DNA of 64,000 nucleotides from the IMG/VR virus record IMGVR_UViG_3300027974_001900, positions 32,001 through 96,000 of that record; one strand, 5' to 3'. This stretch comes from a virus. The notes under the pieces are model-generated. The model worked only from the letters and a program-made list of their open reading frames with translations, searched no databases and was not told the origin of the DNA. Below, one piece after another: positions 28,803 to 40,600 of this stretch (positions are counted from its first letter, which is position 1; each line of letters begins with the position of its first letter). The translations under genes and the position numbers were made by a program.

Positions 28803-31800
28803 TTAAGATTTAATTAAAGAACCTATTGGTTTTATGCCTTCTTTACCCGTCGCTCCATTATTTATATCTGCCTTGCCAACATATAAATATTGATCCCCAG
28901 CATTATTTTTTGCATCTTTCACATAATAAATAAATGATTTTGGATAAATTTGTTTCTTTACTTTATTTCTTTGTAAAATTGTATTTTCAATAATTGTTCT
29001 TGCTTTTTCTGAAACATTTGCAGATGCTGGTATTAAATTTCCTAAAATTCCATCTAATGCATCGTCAATCCATTTGTACACTTCAACGTATCTTTCTAAA
29101 TCTATCGTATTTTGTATTTTTTCAAAAAAGATTCTTCTAAAAAAGTCTAAATCTTTATACTCAAATCTATACTCCGCTAACGGATCGGCAATAAGATTAT
29201 TAAATTCTACTATTGATCCAAAGAAATTTAACATGTTTTTAGAAATAATGTCATACATGCTTGTTTCAATTGCAAAGAAAAACTTTTCTGGTCTATCTTG
29301 TTTTGTATAATAATCATCATTACTTTCTAAAATGTTAACCAAATTACTTGAAAGTATATTTTCTGGGTCTTGTTGTTCTTGTCCATAAATCATTTCTTTT
29401 GATTTAATTGTGACTGATGGTTCAAATCCATACCCTGCGGCTGTATAAACTTTTGATTTAAAATTCGACAAGTAGCCAGTTGCGTATGGTGCAGAAACAG
29501 AACCAGAAGTTAAGTCATTTATGTAAAAAACATTACCAGATGCATCACTAGAAGTTATAGTAGAATAATCCCAGTGAAGTATAAGTGTTTCTGCTTTTGG
29601 TATGTAAGTACTATTACCTATCAAAGCATTCTGACTAACGTTCTTTCTACCAACATTATTTGCATTTTTTGAATGCTCTTTTAGTTCATAAGAACTTAAC
29701 TGATCCATCCAAACCATAGTTGATGCAATTCTATGGTTACTAGAATAATTTATCGTTCCTGTTGTATTTGTTCTTTCTGCTCCAACATAAACTCTCTTAT
29801 TAGAAGAGAAAAAAGCAGAAGCACTTGCTTGACTTAGGGAAGAAGTTAGTTCAAAACTGTTAAAAGTATCATCATTGATGTAAGAGTACCCAGAAAACTT
29901 AACGATGAATCCAGGATTTGTTAAAACTTTTTCTTGGTAAACCTGAAACGAGATATTCCAAAGATTATTGTTGTAAAATTCATCAAAATAACTTGATGTT
30001 AGATCTATACCATGTTTAGCAGAGTAAAGCTGGAAATAAGCTTTATCATCTCTTTCACAATATCTAACGCTAAAGGATGCGCTATCTTGTGCAACATTTG
30101 TCACAGAAGAGGATGTATCACTTGCGCCTCTTGTTCCAAACAAAGAATAGGTTTTTAAATTACTTTTCTCTGCTGCTGTTTCATAAATGTTTATTGGTTT
30201 TGATGGAAAATAAAAATTACTTTCAAAACAAATAGCACCAGTAATGTTACCAGATGATGTTATACAAGAGGTTGTATTTGAATCGGAGCTGTTATAATAA
30301 GAGTAAATTACAGAATTAGAATTCTGATTATATCTATAATTTGTTTGATCTAATACGTCTTTCTTAATCGATCGATTTACATAAGAACTTGTTAGTTGAT
30401 AATTTGTTTTATTAGAATAAATGTTAAGTTTGTATAGATCATCATCTGCGCCAAAACATTTAATTAAGTTTCTAAAAGACTTCTCAGTTCCTTTAGATTT
30501 ATAAATAACATCTAAATTGTTATAGATATTCTTGTAAACAATGTTTTTTAAATCATTAATTAAAACTGTATATTCTTTTTGATTATTTTGGGATACTACA
30601 GAAGATAGCTCGTCAAGACTTATAAACAAATTTGGAGTTTCAAAGCCCGCAGATGATAACAATAAATCATTAAATGGAGCTTCACTTCCGCTGTATTGTA
30701 AATAATCTTTGTTCTTTATATCTTTTGATTTATCAATCTGTAAATAAAGGGTATCTAAATAACTGGAGATTACTTGTGTAAAATTTAGTAATGTTTCTCC
30801 ATTTTGTAAATCATCATCAACTATCCAAGATGGTAATAAATTTTTTAAACTAAAATTATTTGTATAATCATGAGAATCAGCTAAATACAATTTTTCTGTC
30901 AAAAAAGACTGGACGCTGGGATTATCGTAATAAGTTATTGGAGAGCCAACTTCTATATTTTGCGTAGCTGTACTTATTGCTGATCCTGTATTGCGGCTAG
31001 TAGTAGAATAGCCAGTAAACGTTCCATTACATAAATGTCCAGAATAATCTAATACAACTGAATCTGTTGAATTCGCTCCTACTATACCTTCGTTAAATTT
31101 AAAATAAACACCTAAATTTATATTAGCATCATCAGTATTTGCCCCGCCGCCAACATTCTTAAAATAATTTAAACCTATTTGTTGGGCGTCTCTTTTTGTG
31201 TTCCAGAATCTAAATTCGTCAACAGATCCAGATAATTTTCCATAACCAGTTAAATCAGTTGAAGAGTTGTATTTGCCACCAAGAGCACCAATATAACCAA
31301 GGCAAGATCCTGTAATATTTACAATCGTCGCTGATTGAGTGCTCGTTGTTTTATAGGCTCCATCTAGATAAAAATCTATGCTATAACCATTAGAAGAAGT
31401 GCCATATACAAAAGCATAATGATGCCAATTTGAATCAGCTATGGTTGTAAGACCAGTATTAAATCCTATAGAAAACTGTGATGTTGAAGTACCAGAATAA
31501 AATTCTGTATATATCGAAGATGTGTTTGAAGAACCACCAGATACATAAATTGCCACTCTTTTATCTGAGTCGCTTGTTCTAGTGTAAAAGATACACTCTT
31601 TATTGGTCTGTGAGGACGTGTTTGTAAAAGAATTCTTCTTCAGCCAAAATTCAATAGTACTACCAGATGTAAAAATAAATCTAGTATTTTCTCTTCTTAA
31701 ATTTGTTGGATCATAAATATTACTTTTTGTTTGATTAAAAAAACTAATATATTCTGGTGCGCTTGATGAACCAAAACCGTTGTTTAGGTTACTTGCTCCT

Positions 31801-32168
31801 GCCCATGTTCTACCAAATTCAACATAACCTGTTGATCTTGGATACTCAAAACTATAAATATATCTTTCTAGTGGGTTTAAATCATTTTCAAACTTTAACT
31901 GTTCATATTTTGAACCGTCATAAGGAAAATAGTCTGTAATTCTTCCAACTATATTTTCATAATATTTTCTAGCCAATCCAAATTTTGCAAAGTTTTTTGG
32001 ATCACTATAATCAACATCTAATAAATGATTTTGGTTTTTCTTATCAAATTCTTTAACATAATTATCAGATTCCAATAAATCCGAAAAATCATTAATGTTT
32101 TTTTGCACCAATGGTTTTGTTGGAGTTTCTTGAGATTTATTTTTGCTAAAGAAGTCTTTTAAGCTCAT
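28803..32168 (-). CDS. Baseplate/tail protein with LamG (concanavalin A-like) domains
   Basis: TIEFWLK, NWHHYAFVY, FYLDG, GSVDEFRFWN..R and YFKFNEG..DYSG, plus a second degenerate LamG-like unit. KSKGTEKS resembles baseplate wedge motifs. Confidence 0.75.
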   Translation of the reverse strand: MSLKDFFSKNKSQETPTKPLVQKNINDFSDLLESDNYVKEFDKKNQNHLLDVDYSDPKNFAKFGLARKYYENIVGRITDYFPYDGSKYEQLKFENDLNPLERYIYSFEYPRSTGYVEFGRTWAGASNLNNGFGSSSAPEYISFFNQTKSNIYDPTNLRRENTRFIFTSGSTIEFWLKKNSFTNTSSQTNKECIFYTRTSDSDKRVAIYVSGGSSNTSSIYTEFYSGTSTSQFSIGFNTGLTTIADSNWHHYAFVYGTSSNGYSIDFYLDGAYKTTSTQSATIVNITGSCLGYIGALGGKYNSSTDLTGYGKLSGSVDEFRFWNTKRDAQQIGLNYFKNVGGGANTDDANINLGVYFKFNEGIVGANSTDSVVLDYSGHLCNGTFTGYSTTSRNTGSAISTATQNIEVGSPITYYDNPSVQSFLTEKLYLADSHDYTNNFSLKNLLPSWIVDDDLQNGETLLNFTQVISSYLDTLYLQIDKSKDIKNKDYLQYSGSEAPFNDLLLSSAGFETPNLFISLDELSSVVSQNNQKEYTVLINDLKNIVYKNIYNNLDVIYKSKGTEKSFRNLIKCFGADDDLYKLNIYSNKTNYQLTSSYVNRSIKKDVLDQTNYRYNQNSNSVIYSYYNSSDSNTTSCITSSGNITGAICFESNFYFPSKPINIYETAAEKSNLKTYSLFGTRGASDTSSSVTNVAQDSASFSVRYCERDDKAYFQLYSAKHGIDLTSSYFDEFYNNNLWNISFQVYQEKVLTNPGFIVKFSGYSYINDDTFNSFELTSSLSQASASAFFSSNKRVYVGAERTNTTGTINYSSNHRIASTMVWMDQLSSYELKEHSKNANNVGRKNVSQNALIGNSTYIPKAETLILHWDYSTITSSDASGNVFYINDLTSGSVSAPYATGYLSNFKSKVYTAAGYGFEPSVTIKSKEMIYGQEQQDPENILSSNLVNILESNDDYYTKQDRPEKFFFAIETSMYDIISKNMLNFFGSIVEFNNLIADPLAEYRFEYKDLDFFRRIFFEKIQNTIDLERYVEVYKWIDDALDGILGNLIPASANVSEKARTIIENTILQRNKVKKQIYPKSFIYYVKDAKNNAGDQYLYVGKADINNGATGKEGIKPIGSLIKS

Positions 32169-33616
32169 TCTTCTACTCTAAATTTAAAGGCGTATGGTTG
32201 TTCTTCAACTTGTCCGTTTTGTTGTAAATCAAAAGCAAATTTGAATCCATACATATATCCTTTTTCTAGAATAGACATATCAAAATCAAAGTAGTTTCCG
32301 CTTACATCAAAAGATAGGAGAGTATGCTGAGTACTTCCGGTTCCATAGGGGACAACTTCAAAATTGTCCTGTACTCTAAATAGACGGTAGTAAGCTTTTT
32401 CAATTATGGTTGGTTCTATTTCTGTCGAAGCAACTGTATAAATTGTTGGATTCCAATTCTTTTCTCTAACAAATAATCTTAGTCTTGGTTTATCATTTTG
32501 ATAATATTTTTGTTGAGCGTTTGATACTTTTAACACATAATCTGTAATACCAGAGTCACTTGAAGCATTATAAGTTATCGGATAAATTGTGCCAGTATGA
32601 AATAAAGTTGTGCCAGTTTGGTTCTGCCATACATCATAAATGGTCGAAGCAGAACCCGTATAAGCAAAGGAAGCAGAATAAACTCCAGTAGAAACCCACC
32701 CACCGGTTACTACAGAAGTATTCCCAGAACTTACACCACCGGCAATAGGCATGGCAGAAGCAGATCCGCCAAGAGTTTCGTAAATTTTTACGTAGACATT
32801 ATTTGTTCCTATTGACGGAATATTAGTCGGTTTACCATTTCTATAATTGTATAGATAAACTGTGTTTACATTTTCGGTAGACAAAAGTGAACTACTAATA
32901 TAAAAATTACCACGATCATCTGCAATTTGCGAATTCCATCTTGCTTCTATGTGTGGACGCCACAATTGGAACTCGCTTCCTCTACCAAAGAATTTCTTTG
33001 TGTAATAAGAACGAGTATCTGATAGCAAGCTTGAAGTCAAAAATACTCCAAGACCGTAAGAGCCAGTTGAACCGGTAATCCATTTTTCAACCTGTGAGGT
33101 TACATCAACTTCTAAATTTTCTAATCCGGTTTCAAAATAATATGAACCAGTTGAAGCACCAGAACCTGTAATGAAATCTCCTCCTTGTTTTGTCCATCCA
33201 GAAGTAGAAGAAGCAGAAATCCAATTAGATATTCCAAGATCCTTATACTCATCCATATCCAGACCAAATCCCTCCGTCCAGGAGCGCGAGATTGGCGCTA
33301 CAACGAGCGTAAATTCTGTCGGGGTAGTTGAGGAGTGTTCAGCATTGTAGAGCTTTACAACGAAGTTTACAGAACCACTTGCAGGAATATATCCAGAAGA
33401 TCTGTCTGAAATTATTGATGAAACGGGAAAATTTATTAAGATTCTTGATTCTTCAGTTGAATAACCAGCCGCTCCACTTGTTTGCCCATAAATATTAAAA
33501 ACTTCAAGGATGTCTGACGCGCCCATATTTGAGCCTGTGCCTCTTGTAGTAAGGGTGGCATCAAAAGCATTTGTTATTGTATTGTCCGAATTTGCAATAT
33601 ATCTCTTTACGCTCAT
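32165..33616 (-). CDS. Virion structural protein (DNRLRE-like N-terminal domain)
   Basis: ESRILINF, SRSWTEG, W..QGGDF, VDVTSQVEKW and RPHIEARW. Confidence 0.6.
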   Translation of the reverse strand: MSVKRYIANSDNTITNAFDATLTTRGTGSNMGASDILEVFNIYGQTSGAAGYSTEESRILINFPVSSIISDRSSGYIPASGSVNFVVKLYNAEHSSTTPTEFTLVVAPISRSWTEGFGLDMDEYKDLGISNWISASSTSGWTKQGGDFITGSGASTGSYYFETGLENLEVDVTSQVEKWITGSTGSYGLGVFLTSSLLSDTRSYYTKKFFGRGSEFQLWRPHIEARWNSQIADDRGNFYISSSLLSTENVNTVYLYNYRNGKPTNIPSIGTNNVYVKIYETLGGSASAMPIAGGVSSGNTSVVTGGWVSTGVYSASFAYTGSASTIYDVWQNQTGTTLFHTGTIYPITYNASSDSGITDYVLKVSNAQQKYYQNDKPRLRLFVREKNWNPTIYTVASTEIEPTIIEKAYYRLFRVQDNFEVVPYGTGSTQHTLLSFDVSGNYFDFDMSILEKGYMYGFKFAFDLQQNGQVEEQPYAFKFRVEE

Positions 33617-35406
33617 TATACTGCTACTCCCTTAATGTCTGCATCTAAATCTTGTATTTCAAAAACATGAGTCTGTGGTATAGATAAATATCTTCCATCT
33701 TTTGATAAATTATCTACTACAGAATATTGAGTTGAGCTATATCCTGCTGATGATTTTTCTACTATTTTTACGTTTTTTGTATCTACTACGTTTTTAACAT
33801 TATTTAAAAGTTTATAAATATCGGTTAAATAAATTGGCTCTCCCATCTCAAATTTTTGTTTATATTTTTCTTTTAATACGCTCAAACATTCTGACAAAGT
33901 AGCATTTACATCTTTATTCAATTCAACTACAACTTCAAATTCAATCCCGATATTAACTATTGATCCGTCTAGAATATCAATAACATCATTGATCATTTTA
34001 TAATTTGAAATCCAATTTTTAACATTTTGTTTTAAAGCTGTGGTCGCAGTTGTAAGAGAACTGTTTTCGTCTACGGAAACAACATAAATATTAATATCTC
34101 TTTTTATAGAATCAGGATCCTGAATAACGTTTACTCTTTTTACTGAACCGTATTTAGCTGGCATTCTATAAATTAAGTTTATATAATCCTGTTTGGTTAC
34201 TGCTCTATTCTGTGTAGAATAAGCAGCAGCAGATCTCATTCTTAGTTCTTCTACTGTTGGAACATCGACATATCCAACTATTGCTTCTTCATTGTCACAT
34301 TCAAAAGGAGATAACAAAGTTAACGCTTCTACCTTTGTATAAGTGCTTGATCTAAAATCAACTATTGGATTTGTAACAATTTTAACAGATCCAATTGGAA
34401 CATTTGCATTTGAACTTGGATTAACTCTATATTTAATTGTTAAAGTTGTATTTGCAGGTGATATTCCTAGTTTTTCACTCTTTATTATTTGATTTGGATC
34501 AAATAATAAATCCGTATCATAGTTTTTGCCGTAAAAATTTAAAACAACTGATGTTGGATCAATAAAATTATTCTCAACAAAGTCAGCTTCAGAGCCGCCT
34601 CCAAACTGAATTGTGCAATTACCATCTATATCAAACTCTGTAGTAAATCTTCTAAAGGTTTGAAATTGTTTTAAAATATACGGAACATTATTAGAATCTG
34701 CTCCTGTATTTTTAACAGCTTTATAAATAACATCTTGAGTTAAATAATCTACTTCGTAATATTCGTTACCATCAGAATCTGTTATGGAAATAATTTCTGT
34801 AACATTTTCTTCACCTATATCTATTGTAGAAAATTTAACATAATCTCCCATTATAAAATCTTTTGTTTTTGTCTCTCCAGAAACAACTTTTCCGTATGAT
34901 TTATAAACGTAATTTATAGGAGTTCCATTGGTATTAATTTCTCCAACGGTAATCTCAACGCCTTGTTTATTAAAATCTACATTTTCTGCAAGTATAAAAG
35001 AAGCGCCAGATTCAGATGATAAAGTTGTCCCTTCTTTTAAAATAGGTACGAGATCTAAGTTTGGTTGTCCGCCATTGCTTTGAGCAGGGACTGCAACATA
35101 AAAAGAACAAATGCCAGTTGAAGATGGGTAGCCTGGTAACTTATATCCAAGTTGTTTTGCTATTTTTAAAACATTATTTTGTTGCAAAGATGTTTCGATG
35201 AAAGATTCATTTACTTGATAATCTACATAATATGATAAAATATCTCCAACATATGCCACCAAATCAATCATCAAAGCGCCAAAAGAAGAATCATTAAAAT
35301 CTTTATATGTATCTGGATAATAAACCTTAACATAATTTAATAAATCTTTCTTAATAGACTCGAAGTCTCTGCTTGTATATGAAATAGGCGGTCTCGTCTT
35401 TGGCAT
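33616..35406 (-). CDS. Baseplate wedge protein (T4 gp6 / baseplate J-like)
   Basis: YTSRDFESIKKDL, DFNDSSFG, YVGDILSYYVD, IQFGGG and QNRAVTKQDY. Confidence 0.88.
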   Translation of the reverse strand: MPKTRPPISYTSRDFESIKKDLLNYVKVYYPDTYKDFNDSSFGALMIDLVAYVGDILSYYVDYQVNESFIETSLQQNNVLKIAKQLGYKLPGYPSSTGICSFYVAVPAQSNGGQPNLDLVPILKEGTTLSSESGASFILAENVDFNKQGVEITVGEINTNGTPINYVYKSYGKVVSGETKTKDFIMGDYVKFSTIDIGEENVTEIISITDSDGNEYYEVDYLTQDVIYKAVKNTGADSNNVPYILKQFQTFRRFTTEFDIDGNCTIQFGGGSEADFVENNFIDPTSVVLNFYGKNYDTDLLFDPNQIIKSEKLGISPANTTLTIKYRVNPSSNANVPIGSVKIVTNPIVDFRSSTYTKVEALTLLSPFECDNEEAIVGYVDVPTVEELRMRSAAAYSTQNRAVTKQDYINLIYRMPAKYGSVKRVNVIQDPDSIKRDINIYVVSVDENSSLTTATTALKQNVKNWISNYKMINDVIDILDGSIVNIGIEFEVVVELNKDVNATLSECLSVLKEKYKQKFEMGEPIYLTDIYKLLNNVKNVVDTKNVKIVEKSSAGYSSTQYSVVDNLSKDGRYLSIPQTHVFEIQDLDADIKGVAV

Positions 35407-35409
35407 TTA

Positions 35410-35784
35410 TTATACTCCCAAAACTAATGTGTCTCTTGTATTTAGTGCTGGAACTGAAAATTGTATCTGCACTATCATGTTGTTTAAATTATTTGGATCT
35501 TCAAGAACCTCTACAAAATCTATGTTAATAAACGGCATGTATCGCCTTACTTGAGTAACAACTTCAGATTGAATTTGCATTTTAGTTGTTTGATTAAAAT
35601 TTTCAAACAAAAATTTATTTAATCCAACGCCAAACTCTGGGATCATTATTCTTTCTCCCTTATCTGTTAACACAAGGGTTTTTAAATTTTGTTTAACAAC
35701 GTCAATCATACTTTTGTTCAAAGCATAAGGCCCATCTTCTTTATTGTATAATAGTGGCAGTGCCACAGAATAACCTTTAAACAC
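35410..35784 (-). CDS. Baseplate wedge protein gp25-like (sheath initiator)
   Basis: KQNLKTLVLTDKGERIMIPEFGVGL..LFE, the GPW/gp25 family pattern. Confidence 0.9.
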   Translation of the reverse strand: MFKGYSVALPLLYNKEDGPYALNKSMIDVVKQNLKTLVLTDKGERIMIPEFGVGLNKFLFENFNQTTKMQIQSEVVTQVRRYMPFINIDFVEVLEDPNNLNNMIVQIQFSVPALNTRDTLVLGV

Positions 35785-37642
35785 GATCTGTTGCCTCCCT
35801 TGCTAATGATTCTACAGTATTTATGTAATATTCCAAAAAATCATTATAATTTTTATAAGATCTTAGATCTTTTGCTGTATCTAAAATTTGTTCATTAAAA
35901 GTACCAAAATCTAGTTTTTCAATAACTGATTGAGCTAAAATATCAGACGGGAACAAAGAATCAATAAGAAATTTAAATTCTTGTTTTTCAACAATTGACA
36001 TAAATTTGTTATAAAAATTATTTTGTATATACTGAGAATTTGCTATATTAACGGCTTGCATACCATATGGATTCATCGGCATATCATCTGGAATAAATTG
36101 TTTTATTAAAACTCCGTTAACATTTATTTTCTTTTCGTTACTATCAGATAATTTTATATTAATTATTTCTTTTCTATTTAATATTAAATAATTAGTAATA
36201 TTTGGTTGTACTTTGGAAAAAGTATCTTGAATTTCTTTTACATATAAGAGATATTTTCCCTCTTTATTAAGAAAATTTTCTAAATTGTTTTTAAAAACAT
36301 TATCCATATTTTCTATTTGAAATATTTTTTGTTTTGATATGTTACTTTCTGCATACTGTTTAATATCAATTTTATTTGAATATACTCCAAAATACAAATC
36401 AAATAATTCATTTATATTAAATCCAGAATTAGAAAATTTATAAAAAATCGTCCTATTAAATGGTTCTTGTTTTTTTCTACCTAATAATTCAATTACATCA
36501 TTAATTGACATTTTGGATTTTCTTTCTTTTTCACTAAAAACAGACAAATAAAGCTTTTTGTTATTATCTAAATTTTGTAAAAATTCATTAATTTTTTTTA
36601 CATCTTCATCTTTAATAGTTTTATTAGGTATTATGGCTAAAAATCCACTATTATTACCGCTTTGTTTTAAAAAATCTTTAAGTTCTAAAATTTCTTTTTT
36701 GTTTAAAATTTTAGCTCCAGATAAATCTATGGAATTATAAGAATTATTAAACGTATAAACACCATTTTTTTCAAATTTTATTTTTTCTAAAATTTGAGGA
36801 TTTCTTATAAATAAAAATTGCTCTATATTTCTGTAGGTATCGTCTATTTTCCAATCAAAAAATTGCTGTACTGCCAAAAATTCTTTATCGTCTTTATTAT
36901 TTAATAAATCTCTTATAGAAAAAATTATTATGTCTTTTTTTGAAGAATTTCCACAATCTAATTGAATATCTAATTTTTCTTTTATTTTATAATAAAATTC
37001 TCCAGAAATACCATTAAAATTTCCTAATCCTTCATGAACTTTTTGATATAATTTTTGAATTTCTTTTTCATTTATAATTGGATAAAATAAATTACTTTTT
37101 ATATATGGTATTAAAACCGAATCATTTTCGGGATCAAATGTTGGTATAGATGAACCAATTTTAAACAAATCTTCTATAGAAGATTTAAAATTTTGTTTTT
37201 CTCCTTTTTGTCCTTCTTTGCTATCTTTTAAAGCATCTATATCTATATCAAATTTTTCTTTAACCTGGAATATGAAGTTAAAGAAAACATCAAAAAATAT
37301 ATCTTTTAATTCTCTTTCTCCAATTTCCTGTATTTCTACGTCTGATAAATTATTAAAGTTTGTCTTCATATCTTTATTTAAAACTGTTGCTAATAGCATA
37401 TATTTTCTTGTTTTTATGGACAAATTATTATAAAAAGAATCAAATAAAATTTTATTATTATTTATAAAATTTTCAAATTGTTCTTTTGAATTTATTTGTA
37501 AAGAATCTTTAGAAAAATTTGTTAAAATTGGTTTAACAAAAAAATTAGGAGAAGTAATAAATAAATTAAATAAATAAGAATAAATTATTTGCTTTATCAG
37601 AGCAATTTGAATTTTTATATTTATAAATTTGTATCCTAACAT
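35777..37642 (-). CDS. Hypothetical protein (very AT-rich)
   Basis: 621 aa ORF rich in N/K/I/F. Confidence 0.55.
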   Translation of the reverse strand: MLGYKFINIKIQIALIKQIIYSYLFNLFITSPNFFVKPILTNFSKDSLQINSKEQFENFINNNKILFDSFYNNLSIKTRKYMLLATVLNKDMKTNFNNLSDVEIQEIGERELKDIFFDVFFNFIFQVKEKFDIDIDALKDSKEGQKGEKQNFKSSIEDLFKIGSSIPTFDPENDSVLIPYIKSNLFYPIINEKEIQKLYQKVHEGLGNFNGISGEFYYKIKEKLDIQLDCGNSSKKDIIIFSIRDLLNNKDDKEFLAVQQFFDWKIDDTYRNIEQFLFIRNPQILEKIKFEKNGVYTFNNSYNSIDLSGAKILNKKEILELKDFLKQSGNNSGFLAIIPNKTIKDEDVKKINEFLQNLDNNKKLYLSVFSEKERKSKMSINDVIELLGRKKQEPFNRTIFYKFSNSGFNINELFDLYFGVYSNKIDIKQYAESNISKQKIFQIENMDNVFKNNLENFLNKEGKYLLYVKEIQDTFSKVQPNITNYLILNRKEIINIKLSDSNEKKINVNGVLIKQFIPDDMPMNPYGMQAVNIANSQYIQNNFYNKFMSIVEKQEFKFLIDSLFPSDILAQSVIEKLDFGTFNEQILDTAKDLRSYKNYNDFLEYYINTVESLAREATDRV

Positions 37643-37643
37643 T

Positions 37644-40600
37644 TTATTCCTTTATTTTGCTAATATAAGACATGAATAATTCTATATCATCTTGCATATC
37701 AATATTTGTTGCATTCTGCACCTCTTGTTCCATTTCGAGTTTTAATTTTTCTAAATAATCAATACTATATGCTATTTCATTATAATTTTTTATAAATAAA
37801 TTTTTTGAAGCTAATTTTTCAAATAGTCTTCCTACCATATACAATGGATCAACGTATAATTCATAATTAATTTTTTCTTTTATTGTATCATTATCAATTA
37901 TAATATTTTTTGTATTAAAATAATTAACTATTTTGCTTTTTCTTAAATTAAAATCTTCTAAATATTTGTTATCAACATTAACAAGATTTGTTGCTGATTC
38001 TAATAATTCTTCTTTTGTTATAGCATTCTGATAAATTATTTCTGGTGTATATCCTGTGTTATATTTAGATTTTACTAATTTTACAGATTGTAGATATTTA
38101 GCATAAATTTCTTCTGGTGGTTTTGTAGAAAATTTTAAAATCTTTTTTTGATCGTCCGTTAAAGATTTTTCATAGTCATAAATGTTTTGTTGGAAGTCTA
38201 TTATGCTTTGAAAAGGCATTACCATATACTGTGTTAAACTACTTGCTAATAATCTTGGACCATCTTTAAATAAATCAATATTAATTAAAAGTTTATTTGA
38301 ACACAGTTTATCAAATTGTTTTTCCAAATCAAGTATTTGATCTCTTATAACATTTTTATAATCATCTCCAACAGTTTCTTTAAGTAATAATTCATAATCT
38401 TTTCTTCTAGATTGTTGCGGAGTACAAATGTTTCCTACATACTTTTCTAACGACTTTGAAAGAATATCATAACAAATTCTGTAATCACAATAATTGGATA
38501 AGAAAATAAAAAGTTTTATTATATCGTCATCTTGCGCAAATAAATTTTTAAAAGGAGCATCAACTAAACTTATTGTATCTATTAAGCCTATTCTTGTTGA
38601 TTCTGTAGAAACATTTCTTAGTAAAGAAGCTAATTCGTATAAATCTATTGAAGAACTTATATCTGATAAAAATTTAGAAATTTCATCGAATGAATTTTGA
38701 GACTTTTCTAAAGAATATTCGTCTGCAAATTTAGAATAAACTAAATCTCTTGTTGCAATCTCAGATAGATCAATTAATACATTTATGTCTATAGCTAATT
38801 GAACATCATATAAGCTACTTCCAGATTCAGCCGGTGCCCCAAAAGAATCTGATGCGATTGATGGAGAAAAAAAGTTATCTTCACTGTTTTCTAGATTAAA
38901 GAAAGGAGGTTTAAATAATTCAAAATCTAAAGAACAGAGTTTTTCTAAATACGGTCTAACAAAATCAAAAAACATCTTTAGAATAAAATCTGCTGCAATC
39001 TTTAATAAAAATAAAGCTATTTTCTCAATTAATGTTAACCAAAAATCTAAAGTATCAAGGGTTGGAAAGCTTTCAATAATACCTTGAATTAAACCTTCGG
39101 GATTTAAACTCCTTGCGTATAAATCTTTAAGGTATTCAATTGTAGAAAATAAATCATCAGGTATTGTAGGAAATTTACTCGGCAAAGGCTTACAGGGATC
39201 TCTGTACTCATTAAGAACGCCTAACCAGCTTAATAATTTTTGAAGAAGTTCTGAAATAAATTCTGAGAGGGGGAATTTATTTAAAAAAACCATAATTGTT
39301 TCTACAAGATCCCATCCATCATCAATATTTCTAAAATCATTAATAACATTTACTATGTCGGCATAACATGGAAGACTGCTAACAAATGTAGAATTAGCTT
39401 CTTTAACAAGATCGTTTACAGAAAATTCATTACCTTTTATAAATTCAAATGTCTTTTGTATTTCTGTAGATACAAGCAAAATTTCTTGTGGTACATCAAG
39501 ATCTGGTAATTTAAGAATATCTCCAATTTTAAATTCATCTGTAGTAGATTTAGCTGCTGCAATAGTTAATACTGGGTAGTGAAATGATTCTCCAAATTTT
39601 TTGAGGTCTCCTTCGTTTCCAAATAAACTTAAACCAGATTCTGTATTTATTAAATAAAATGCCATAGTCTGTAAAGCAATAGATTGATATTTATTTTCTC
39701 TATAATTTGTTGTTAAATTTGCTATTCTAATAGACTTATCTATTAATCTCTCGTTTATAAATAAGTCTTCTTTATTGTAGTTAAAATTTGCATTTGGTAA
39801 AGTTAAATTTATTTTAGTTATTAAATTTACATATTTTTTTTCTACTTCCGTGGAGGTTAAATCTTTAGTTACTAAATAACCACCATCAACTCTATCAAAA
39901 CTATCATAAAGCATCCTTTCAAGAGTTCTTGTTGCAACACAAATTCTTCTTCCAGAATAGTCAATTAAATCTGCAGTTAAGTTCTGATACTTTCCAAAAA
40001 ATTCTTCAGAAACATATTTTTGATCTGTCTCTCCGAATCCAAAATTATCAAAAGTTTCAATTTTAAAAGGTGAATATTGTTTTGTAGAATTTTGTTTTTT
40101 CTTTTCATTTGGTATCGTTGTTACACCAAGTAAATTCAAAAAAGAATCAAAATGAAAAGTAACTTTAAAATCACTAGAATCAAAAGGAGTTAAATAAATA
40201 TTTTGTCTTCTTGCCTCTTTGTATGTACTAATCAGTAAATTTACATACTCATTAAAAGCAGAAGTAATGTTTCCTCTATTTATTTTTACAACTTGGCTAA
40301 TTGATTTTAAAATCTCAAATTTATCTTGAACATTAATTCTATTATAAACTTCTTCTACATGCTTGTTTCTAGCAAAATAATAATACTCAACTTCAGAGAA
40401 AGAATCTTCATTAAAATAATCTTGCATTAAACTCATTAAAGCTTCTGATTTATTCTTTAATTCGTCGATGTTATTTACTTCTAGAGAATACTTTGTAAAA
40501 AATCCCAAGGCTACTTCAAGAATAGATTGAGTATCAAAATTTCTAGAAATAGTTTTTGATAATATTATTTTTGACAAGTCATAAACAACACAAATAGCAT